In this document: positions 11,110 through 20,000 of the stretch, one piece after another | Position numbering within the stretch: the stretch's first letter is position 1 | Layout of the letters: the number at the start of each line of letters is the position of its first letter | The notes under the pieces: model-generated | Seen by the model: only the letters and a program-made list of their open reading frames with translations | What the model was told of the DNA's origin: nothing | Databases searched by the model: none | Assembly: GCA_012862495.1 (NCBI GenBank) | Contig: BLSG01000316.1 | Coordinates: 143,313 to 163,312 of the forward strand | From: Thraustochytrium aureum | Lineage: Eukaryota | DNA length: 20,000 nucleotides | Direction: 5' to 3' | Position numbers and translations under genes: made by a program

Positions 11110-12873
11110 TTAGTTGACACCGCTTGTGCCGAACAAGAGGCCGCCGGAGGAGTCGCCCTTCTTGACCGAAAAAAGGCTCTTGCCCTGCGCGCGAGGCTCC
11201 GCGACCAAAACTGTCGCCGAAGTCCTGTTGTGCAAAAGCTCCAAAGCGCACATCACGTCAATGGAAAAGATCCCACACTGACCCAGCTCAATCCATGACT
11301 GGGTTGGGAGAAGTTGCGAGACGTTGCTGTACGTGATTTGCTCGATCTCATTGAACTGGGTCGCGGCGTTCGGATTGACAAGCATGACGGGCTTGCCCAA
11401 TCGGTTCGCCATGACAATGTCCATCAGCACGCTGTCGCACTTGAATACGTTTTTGGACATCACGAGCACAACAGCATCGCAGCGCCTGACGCGCTCCTTG
11501 CCGGCTGAAAGCGCCTGGCGGATCTTTCCGCGCTGGCCCGTTATACACCACGAGCCCCCGGACTTGCCCTTGATGCGTTTGGCAAGTTCTTCGGGGTCCA
11601 CCCAACTTTGATCCTCCGGGTTGAGCACGACCAAAAAGTGCGCGCTGGCGTCGAACGAGAGAGCCGCCATGAAGGCTCGGCTGCGACGTTGTCGCTGTTG
11701 GCCTTGTGAGCTTGCCTGCTGCCACGTGTGCCAGGTAAGCACTTTCTGAGACAGTGCACCATAGCGTAGAGGGGCGAACAGCACAGCTTTTGACCGCCCC
11801 TCGGCGCTTCAGCCCCGTCAGGTGGAACAGGGCTTGGCAGGCGAAAGCTGCTGGTGCTTGGCTTCCAAGTTACGCTGACGAGTTTGCCGTCGTCGAAACG
11901 CACCTTCGCTGAGCGTCTCTGACGCGATGGAAGTAGGATGCCTCTGCCGTGCGGACGGCCGTCCTTGAACTCGCCAAAATAGAAGATTTCGGCGTCCAGG
12001 CACGACACTAGCATACCTTGCCCGTGAAAGCGCGTGTTCTTGAAGCAGCCGACGTACATGGCAGGGCCTTTCTCTGTTTCCAAGCACTCGAGCATAGCGG
12101 TGTCAAGCCACACGTGGTCCTCCAACGCCTTTTTGTCACCGTGTTTTGGGAGCGCTCTGCGCTTCTTCGTCAGGTACTGGGCGTCGAAGAATTCGTCGAG
12201 CTTGAACTTCTTCACCAGACTTTGAAACGCCTCTTCTTCCTTTGCATCGTCTTGGGACCAAGCCTCGGCGGCGACGCCGCGGCCGGCCGCAGCTCCAATC
12301 CAGGCGACGAGGAGAGGGGCAAGCACAATCGCCCCCCCTGGCAAAGCGGCAATCCCAGGACTATGGATCGGCATGAACCCAATTGACTGCAGCAGGTGTT
12401 GAGTCTGCAATCCCAAGTACAAGCCAGCTCCAGTAGACCCCCCTCCAGTCCCTGCCAAGCCTCCTAGCAGCGCACCTGCGACCGGGCCGCCAACGACAAT
12501 ACCGAGTATCATCCCGGCCGCAACGAAGGGGGAAGATTGGCGTTGCCACTACTGGTGCTGCTGACCACATGTACGCAGCGACCCCAGCGACGCCTGTCGC
12601 GAGGCCGGCTGCACCAGCTCCCAGACTAGCTTTGTTAATGGACCGATCCCTCTCTGACAATCGAGCAGGTTCGGGATCGGTGCCATTGGGAGACTTCCAT
12701 GCAGGCCTGTATGCGATTCGCATCAGGAGCGCTGCGGCGTCCACCTCCCTCCGCCTCGCTCTCTCCAGGATGGCACGTAGCTCGGTGATGGCCTGCTTCT
12801 CCGCTCTGAGCTGCGCTTCGCTTTTCGTTGTTTCTTGCGCGGTACTGGTTGCCTGCGTCTTTGCAAGGCCCAT
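11110..12873 (-). CDS. Glycine-zipper/MORN/TIR-like protein, paralog A (about 587 aa after repairing two single-base frameshifts)
   Basis: Three consecutive ORF segments (12873 to about 12530, about 12530 to about 11790, about 11790 to 11110) are each colinear with the plus-strand paralog. They give EAQLRAEKQAI...DAAALLMRIAYRPAW; a hydrophobic Gly/Ala-rich stretch; MORN-like YVGCFKNTRFHGQGMLV and YFGEFKDGRPHGRGILL; and TIR-like RCDAVVLVMSKNVFKCDSVLMDIVMANRLGKPVMLVNPN. Confidence 0.8.
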
Positions 12874-13399
12874 GCTGGCTGCGACAAAAAGCTCGTCGTG
12901 TCGTTCGCCTTGCGGGGCCGATTCGCCCCGTTTCACCGCGCTCGCGTGCGTAAAGCAGGGCCAGCGTTCTACAAGTTCGCGCTCTTTGCCAAGCACCGTA
13001 GCGCGCAGCCACAACCTCTTCAATCTCTTTCTCCGGTTGGTTCGGTGATTGGCCTGTCCGAGTCGGCAGGCGCTCGTGCCGCAACCCGCAAAAGATCGTC
13101 AGACCCGTCACGTGATGGGACGCGGTGTCGGCGTGTCGGCGAGCAGAATCGTTTTTTTGGGGGAGTCGGCACACCTCATGTTGGTAGATAAGGTGAGAGT
13201 GAGTTGAGAGAGTACCGACCGGTCAGTGCCGGTGGGCCTACCGGTACCGGGAGGTGGGTACTCGTTGCAAACGCGTACCCTCAGAAGAAGGGATCGGAAA
13301 TCTCGCAACAAGGAGCAGCCAAGTTCAAAGGATGATTTCACTGGATCCGTCTCCTCTGGCTTGCGCCGCTTTCCCTCGTCGACCCTGCTTGTCTGTCTG

Positions 13400-13434
13400 T
13401 CGATCGGCCGATCGATGGATCGATCGATCGATCC
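13400..13434. repeat. GATC/TCGA tandem with 16-bp palindrome TCGATCGGCCGATCGA
   Basis: TCGATCGGCCGATCGATGGATCGATCGATCGATCC read directly. Confidence 0.8.
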
Positions 13435-13585
13435 CCTTCATCATTGACTCGAAGGTTCTTACTTGTAAACTACCAAAGTTGAGCTCGCAGGTGTTTTGGA
13501 GTTGAATGAGTGGGCACGGGCTCATCACACCCCCTGCGACGTAGCCGCAATCACCTCTGTTGGCCCATTCCATCTCCACCTGTAA

Positions 13586-13776
13586 NNNNNNNNNNNNNNN
13601 NNNNNNNNNNNNNNNNNNNNNNNNNNNNNNNNNNNNNNNNNNNNNNNNNNNNNNNNNNNNNNNNNNNNNNNNNNNNNNNNNNNNNNNNNNNNNNNNNNNN
13701 NNNNNNNNNNNNNNNNNNNNNNNNNNNNNNNNNNNNNNNNNNNNNNNNNNNNNNNNNNNNNNNNNNNNNNNNNNNN
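13586..13776. other. Assembly gap (N run)
   Basis: Run of N characters between the two divergent paralogs. Confidence 1.
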
Positions 13777-13954
13777 TAATGCGACTTGATTCATGACTGC
13801 CTGGGCAGATGCAGTTCGGATCCCACCAGCAGACACCAATTGGCTTTGCCGTGCGAGCCAAAGGCGGACGTACCTAGCGGACGAAGCACCACCAGCACTC
13901 ATCGCTGGCTCAGGCTCGACGAGGAAAACCATCTGGCTTGAGGCTTTAGGACTG

Positions 13955-15906
13955 ATGGCTCAAGACGGTGGCGCGGCTGTCCCAGAAAAGAGCAAAGAGC
14001 AGCTCAAGGCGGAGAAGGAAGCTGTTGCCAGAATCAATGCCGTTCTCGACACTGCGAGAAAGCAGAACATAGATGCTGCCGCAATGCTGCTGCGGCTCGC
14101 ATACCATCCCGCCTGGGAGTCGGCGCAGGGCGTGGGGCCCCAGCCTGCCCGCTTTGCTTACAGGGAGTGGTCCGAGAGGATGATTACCCGTGCAGGGCAA
14201 GGAGCCACTGCAGGAGGCTTTGTCGCGACGTTATCCGGCATCGCCTATGCACTTGCGCAAGCGGCCCAAGTAGCGCAAGTAGTAGTACCTCCCGTGGTCG
14301 CTCCCGCCCCCGCTGTTTTGCCTTGGATGACGGGTCTCGTCACCATCGGGGCTCCGATCGCTGGGGTCCTCGTTGTAGGTGTTGCCACAGCAGCCCTTGC
14401 GACAACATTCGCTGGCCCGATTGCTGTGGGCGTTTTAGGCAACGCGGGCCTGAGCGGTGCCGCCGCGACATCGCATGCCTTGGCCACGATTGGTGGTGGA
14501 AGCATTGCTAGTGGCGGGGGCGGCATGGTTCTTGGGACGCAAATCATCAGCGCCGCTGGTGGGGTTCTCGGTGGAGTCGCTGGCGGGGTGGGCACTGCTG
14601 CTGCGGCTGGCACTGCTGCTGCTGCGGCTGGCACTGGTGCTGCTGGTGCTGCTGCTGCTGGCACCGCAACCGTAGCGACCGGCACGACCGTAGCTGCGGC
14701 TGCTGCGGTCCCTACCGCAGCAGCAGCCCCGATCATCATTGCCCCGCTTCTCGGCGCATGGATCAGTGGAGCTGCGGGCCGTGCAGGCGCGGAATCCTGG
14801 CTACAAGACGATGCCCAAGAAAAGGAGGCCTTCGAGGCCCTCGCGAAAAAGTTCTGCCTCAAAGCCTTCTTCAAACCCGAGTACATCACCAAGGAGAGCA
14901 GAGTGCCACCAAAGGCCACAGACAAGGACCAGATGGCAAATAAGATCTGGTTCGACACAGCCCCATTGGATCGCTTTGAGACAGAGCGGGGGGCCGCCAT
15001 GTACATCGGCACCTTCCGGAACAAGCTCGTCCACGGCCAAGGCATGTTGGTCTCCACCATCGACGACGACATCTTCTACTTTGGGGATTTTCAGAACGGC
15101 CGTCTCCATGGCCAAGGCGTCCTGCTCCCCCACAAGAGGGAGATGGCAGAGGTGCGGTTCGAAGAGGGGGAACTTGTCGAGGTCGTGTGGAGTCCTAACG
15201 CGAGTTGCGGGCCCGATGAGGTTCTTGTCGCGCTGCGAGGCCTCTTCCACCGGTTCCGCGGAGTGCTCAGCAGTGATCAAGTTCGAGTCGCCCTGCAGAG
15301 CCCGAGCAAGGCATCTATCTCTGATGGCGTCCAGAGCAAGCGGTGGTCTCTACCTCTGTCGAATCGGAGAATTTGCCTCGTCTTCAACCAAGAGGATTCT
15401 TCCATCGAGCTGGACAGCGAGGAGCTCGGCGAATGTATCAAGGCGAGGCTAGGACCGCGCTGGCAAATCTCTGGCCAGCTTGGCAAGCGCAGGCGGCTGA
15501 AAGACGGCAAAGACCGCGTCAAGTCGTGCGATGCCGTAGTTTTGGTTCTCTCGAAAGAGCCTTCAGACGCGGCCGCGTGCTGATGGATATCGTCATGGCG
15601 CTTCGCTTGGACAAACCTATCGTGGTTGTCAATCCGAACGGTGCGCTCAAGTTCAACAGGTTTGATCGAATGCCGTACGACCAAGTCGCACGGCTCGTTG
15701 CTCCCCAAACGTGGGTGGCCCTCGGGAAAGACTGCGGCATTTTCTGCGTGGATGTCATGCAAGCTTTGGAGTCTGTGCACATGCAAGCCGCGATCGACCT
15801 GCCAATGGCGGGCGAGCCGCAAAACTCGGCCTCAGATGGCCGCGTCAAGCGGTCAAGCGGTTTGCCGGTAGGCTTTCATGTCGGGGAGCCGTCACGATCC
15901 CGGTAG
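13955..15906 (+). CDS. Glycine-zipper/MORN/TIR-like protein, paralog B (about 650 aa after repairing one frameshift at about 15555)
   Basis: ATG 13955 MAQDGG...KEQLKAEKEAV...DAAAMLLRLAYHPAW matches the paralog A N-terminus. Long Gly/Ala hydrophobic region at about 14195-14785; MORN YIGTFRNKLVHGQGMLV and YFGDFQNGRLHGQGVLL. KSCDAVVLVLSK continues in the -1 frame as RAFRRGRVLMDIVMALRLDKPIVVVNPN...TWVALGKDCGIFCVDVMQALE, colinear with paralog A. Confidence 0.85.
14591..14665 (+). repeat. Coding tandem repeat (GGCACTGCTGCTGCGGCT)n encoding GTAAAA units
   Basis: GGCACTGCTGCTGCGGCT GGCACTGCTGCTGCTGCGGCT GGCACTGGTGCTGCTGGTGCTGCTGCTGCT GGCACC. Confidence 0.8.
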
Positions 15907-16210
15907 GTTTATTTTAAAAAAAATCAAAGAAGCACCGGGTCTTCGTTGGTGGCCAGCATCTTGCAACTCGCTGCTGTAGGCTGTACACGTACTTGAAGAG
16001 CAGGCAGAGGAGACCTTGGCTTTCTTTTCGAAGGCCTTTTCGATAGATCCACCAGCCAGCTGCGCGGCGTTTATCTAAAAAAAGACGTCCAGAGCGCAGC
16101 ACTGGGTGGACGATCGGGCGGACACCACGCATGATGACCCATGGTGGGTGTTCCTGGGCTAACTACGGGAAATACGCTCTGTCGGGACCTCCAGTAACGG
16201 GGCATCTCTG

Positions 16211-16328
16211 CGCGCGATGGAGGCCGCGTGCTGAAGTGGTGCCCGCAGACCACTCCCATAGGAACCGGACTGGCAACCACAAAAGCTCTGAAGATGGCGA
16301 AGAGCCTGCGAAGGATGGCCTTACGATG
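16211..16328 (+). repeat. Degenerate dispersed repeat, copy 2 (copy 1 at about 7132-7260)
   Basis: See copy 1; same orientation, with indels and in-frame stops. Confidence 0.7.
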
Positions 16329-16780
16329 CTGACACGAAACGTCTGTGGCAAACTTGTGGACGATCGAGCACCCGCGGATCGAAAATGTTGCACCAAGCAA
16401 CCACTTGGTGGAGCGGCTTGATGATCCTCGTGCAAAAGCAGCGCATGCGTGACCTCACGCGCAAGAGGAGGGGGAAAGGAAGAAGGTCTTGAAAGCGATT
16501 CCCGCGCGAGCTTTCCGCGCGAGCTTTGCTAAGGGTTTTGGAGCAGAGCATCTCTGCAAAGCGCCAAAGCGCGACCAAACGATGCTTGTGCGAGCCGAGT
16601 CGGGGATGGGAGCCCGTCGACCAGGTGCGACCTCGATGAAGGTCAAGACTAGCAATCGGGCCCTGTTGGCCCGTCGAGTTTACGTGGACGGCTCCTGCCA
16701 GTTCAAACGACGAGGGCCTCTGCAAACCTATCCACCTCGAAAGGAGTTTCAGCAGCGCGGCTTGGCAAGTGCCCGACCAA

Positions 16781-19144
16781 CTAGACCCGAGGTTTGCACG
16801 TCCCTTTGGTCCACAGGCAGAAGAACCCATTGGCATCGCATCCATCTTTTTTCGCGGTAGAGCGTGCCTTGCGAAAGTCACAAAACCCCTGGTGCCGGCA
16901 GCCAAACCCGGTAAAATGGCGACAACCTCCAGCATTGCAGACCGCGGGGTCGGGGCTGAGCTGCGAGCAGAAGGCCACGTTTACAGCCGGACTGGGGGTG
17001 GCGGCCGTCTCTGCACGACTCGCCTTTGTTGGTCGGCTCGTTGGCGTCATTGTCGGCCGTCTGGTGGTCGGCGCCTTCGACGGCCTGCTTGTGGATGGCC
17101 TGCGCGTTGTCGGGGCACGAGTCGGCTTGGTGGGTCGAAGCGTCGGCGCGGCTCGCGTCGGCGGTTGCGTTGAGCGAGTCGGCGTCGACGTTGGGAAGAC
17201 CGTGACTGGCTTGGTCGGTTCCTGGCCCAAGCGGCCGGAAAAAAAGCGATTGTCACATCGTAGCGCGGCCGCATTCCATACACACGACTCGGAGCGTTGG
17301 GCACAGAGCGACTCTCGGCTAGTCTGCGATCCGTTAAAGCCACAAAATGCACGCGAATGGCACGCATTGTCTACCATGACGCAGTGGATGCCACGCTCTT
17401 CGCACTCCGCGCTGCTCGAGGCGCTTTCGCAGGTGAAAAAGCGAGCCCGCAACATGTTCGAGAGCGCGCTGACGCTGTCGGCTAGGCTTGGCTTGGACGC
17501 GATATTCTCGATTTCGCGGCGCCCCTCTGCAGTGCGGTGGTCGTAAAGCTGTGTCGCATCGAGACCGGCTGCTGTCCAGTCGCCAATGCCCTTGGCGTCA
17601 TCCCAGCGGCGCCACTCGGTGTACCGCCATTCGTCGGTCTTCACGGAGAACCCCATAAAGTGCGGCGCAATTACCGAACTGTCGCACAAGCCATCGCCGT
17701 CCTCTGCGCAGAATCCACAGTCTACGATTTCGCCAGAGCCTTTGAGGCGGCATTCTCTGCACTCAACTTGGACGACCGAGCCAGGGGCCTGAACGCAAAC
17801 CGGCCAAACGGAGAAGGCGGCACTCAGTGGGTATGCCCATGAGCGCCCGGCAGGCTGCGGGTACTGGCGCAGGACTTGAACAGTTTCGTCCGGGGTGGGG
17901 TGGCCCGGGCGCAAGAGGTGCGCGAAGCTCTTGCCCTCTAATCCAAAGGTGTTGAAATGGCCCAGGCCGAGTGGGGCCCCAGCGAGCTCGGCAATCGTAG
18001 GAAACAGGTCCAAAGTGGACACGATGGTCGACTCGCGGTCGCCAGGGCGCCTGGAGGACGACGGGTCGCGCACCCAAAGTGGTATCTGCAGAGCACGGTC
18101 ATAAACGGTTCCCTTGCACCAGCCTCCATGCTCCCCAAGCAGCCAGCCGTGGTCAGAGGTAACTACGACAAGAGTGTCGTTGTAGAGCCCGAGGCTGTCG
18201 ACGTGGTCGAGAAGCTTGCCGATGTTGTCGTCGATCCACTCGACGCAGGCAAAATAGCCCATGCGCAGCAGACGCGTCGTGTCGTCGTTGAGCAATTCGT
18301 TGCCTCCGCGGAACCCCGCGCTGCGCACTTCGTTTGATGAGACGAGGTCCAAGCACATTGGGCGGTGGGCGTGCCACGGCGCGCTGGGGGGGATGACGCG
18401 ATCCTTAGCGTCGGGCAGTGAGATCGTCTTGGCGTTGAACCTCGCGTAGACATTGGCGGGGGCACGGAAGCCAGTGTGCGGGCGGCGAAAACCGACAACC
18501 ATGAACCAGGGCTTGGCGGTCTTGGCTATTTTGGTAAGCTCTCTCTGGCTCCATTTGAGCGCCTTTGCGTCGGTAAGCAATTGCGCTTTGCGCTCTTGAC
18601 AGATTAGAGAGGCACCGCATTTTTTTGTGGTGAGGGAAGGGAGTCTGTTGTAGCGCTTGACAAAGTGCTGGTTGTTGCGGACCCAGTGCACAATCTTGCT
18701 CGTCCCGTAAACATCATACCCTTGCGCCTCAAAGTAGGATGTCATCACGAGCTCGTCGTCTAGCAGTCGCCTTTCTTGGGCTGGGCTGTCGTGGGTGAAA
18801 TACTGTAGCGAGGTTGGGAGACGCGAGGTGAGCATGGAGGCGCGGGAGGGCCCGCAGATGGCTTGTGTCACATAGGCAGCTTCGAACTGGACGCCCTGGC
18901 CAGCTAGGCGATCCATGTTTGGCGTCCTGACATTCTGCGAGCCGTACGTGCCCGTCTCTGGCCGCATGTCGTCGACGAGGACCAGCAGCACATTGAGTTT
19001 GCCGTCTTTGCTGAGGCCGCTTGTCAAACTGGGGCCTAGAAGGCCTAGTACTGCAACGAAGCTTGCGCGCAGCAGTGCCGCGTTGCTGCGCCGTGCAGGA
19101 GCCAACCGCGCACGGCGTAGTGGCCCCAACTCGCCAGCTGCCAT
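16781..19144 (-). CDS. Secreted/membrane-anchored formylglycine-dependent sulfatase, iduronate-2-sulfatase-like, with two C-terminal Cys-rich modules separated by a Pro/Thr linker (about 787 aa)
   Basis: Hydrophobic N-terminal segment (ASFVAVLGLLGPSLTSG), NVLLVLVDDMRP, TPNMDRLA, catalytic CGPSRASMLT (CxPxR), GFRRPH, SDHGWLLGEHGGWCK, MGFSVKTDEWRYTEW and LYDH. The PT-repeat linker is at about 17220-16990. First ATG is at 19144; the ORF track starts at an upstream TTG. Confidence 0.93.
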   Translation of the reverse strand: MAAGELGPLRRARLAPARRSNAALLRASFVAVLGLLGPSLTSGLSKDGKLNVLLVLVDDMRPETGTYGSQNVRTPNMDRLAGQGVQFEAAYVTQAICGPSRASMLTSRLPTSLQYFTHDSPAQERRLLDDELVMTSYFEAQGYDVYGTSKIVHWVRNNQHFVKRYNRLPSLTTKKCGASLICQERKAQLLTDAKALKWSQRELTKIAKTAKPWFMVVGFRRPHTGFRAPANVYARFNAKTISLPDAKDRVIPPSAPWHAHRPMCLDLVSSNEVRSAGFRGGNELLNDDTTRLLRMGYFACVEWIDDNIGKLLDHVDSLGLYNDTLVVVTSDHGWLLGEHGGWCKGTVYDRALQIPLWVRDPSSSRRPGDRESTIVSTLDLFPTIAELAGAPLGLGHFNTFGLEGKSFAHLLRPGHPTPDETVQVLRQYPQPAGRSWAYPLSAAFSVWPVCVQAPGSVVQVECRECRLKGSGEIVDCGFCAEDGDGLCDSSVIAPHFMGFSVKTDEWRYTEWRRWDDAKGIGDWTAAGLDATQLYDHRTAEGRREIENIASKPSLADSVSALSNMLRARFFTCESASSSAECEERGIHCVMVDNACHSRAFCGFNGSQTSRESLCAQRSESCVWNAAALRCDNRFFSGRLGQEPTKPVTVFPTSTPTRSTQPPTRAAPTLRPTKPTRAPTTRRPSTSRPSKAPTTRRPTMTPTSRPTKASRAETAATPSPAVNVAFCSQLSPDPAVCNAGGCRHFTGFGCRHQGFCDFRKARSTAKKDGCDANGFFCLWTKGTCKPRV

Positions 19145-20000
19145 ACCTTTGCGCTCGACCGTGCCGGCACGACTGCTGCTCGCCGACGTTGAAATTACGA
19201 GCTCCTCGTCGACGGTCGCTTGCAATGGGGCACTGTGCTGTCCAACCGCTAAGTTTTCAGGATGTCTCTACGAGAGCTAGCTCTAGAGAGCTAACTCGAT
19301 CAAGATCAGGAGCGACCGCGCCCGCCTCTGCGTGCTCAAGGTCAGACAGTCAAAGTCGTTTTGGAATTCGAACTCATGCCAATCAACATTTGGATAGTTG
19401 ACTCGGTTGACAGTGAACCGACTTCCTCTCGACTGCAGAGTTGACCGGTGGGTACTCACTCCGACCGAACAACATCTACAAGTGCATCGCGTTCCAGCAG
19501 TCTTCGCCTTGTGCTGTAGGCTGGTGTAGGCTGATGAGCCTGCGTTTTCGGTGCCGCGCGACGTAAGTACTAGAACCGCCGGGCACCTCGTCGTCCTCGC
19601 GTGCTGAGACTCGCCGCGCATATACCCCATCTCAGTAGGGCGTTTGCTCCGATACTCGGCAATAATTGTTGGAGAACAACTTGATCCGTCTGTCAAGGCG
19701 AGAGGGGTATTTACCGGTCGCTCATTTTTTCAAGGGATAGCCGTTTTGCCACCGTTGCAGAATATGGTATTGTCAGCAAGTGTTTTCTTCCAACGGATCG
19801 CACGCTGGGGATCGGGGTTGTCAAACACAAGACTCTCGCGCACACGCGTCGAGTCGGGATAAGCACGAGCGTGTTCGGGTGTTTGCAAACCAATCCTTAG
19901 TCTAGCCGGGGACGAGAATCGTGTTCACAGCACGCTCGCCGTTTCGACAGGGTTGTTGCGCTCGATGGTGGAAAGGATCTGATGCAGCGCCATGCGCGGT

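Noticed and set aside
13253..13263. GGTGGGTACTC shared with about 19447, and TGCTGTAGGCTG shared between about 15972 and about 19512
   Set aside because: Matches of 11-12 bp are expected by chance in 20 kb, with no convincing extension.
1..19144. Zn/P/S nutrient-acquisition cluster (CobW, PstS fusion, sulfatase)
   Set aside because: The genes are interspersed with unrelated ones and show no evident shared regulatory motif; likely coincidence.
19400..20000. Possible decayed coding sequence or gene 3' end on the minus strand (…MALHQILSTIERNNPVETASVL*)
   Set aside because: Multiple stops and no recognisable motif; cannot be supported within this window.

Overview
GC-rich, apparently intron-poor eukaryotic DNA with two assembly gaps (494-696, 13586-13776). 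A thraustochytrid/stramenopile-like protist is my inference from gene content and PT-repeat linkers. From left to right the window holds: (1) the 5' part of a COG0523/CobW (ZNG1-type) metal-chaperone GTPase on the minus strand, which the ORF track misses; (2) a DCAF1/VprBP ortholog split across two reading frames; (3) a predicted type-I membrane protein fusing a Kelch propeller to a PstS-type phosphate-binding domain; (4) a head-to-head pair of paralogous genes with the architecture N-terminal helix, glycine-zipper hydrophobic region, MORN repeats and a C-terminal TIR-like domain, visible only after repairing single-base frameshifts; (5) an iduronate-2-sulfatase-like secreted sulfatase with a duplicated 8-Cys module. 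The TIR-like/MORN/glycine-zipper pair is the best candidate for an undescribed system, possibly protist immunity or cell death. All four frame breaks in the window can be repaired at homopolymer runs, which suggests sequencing error but needs checking. All family assignments are from motif recognition; no database searches were run.
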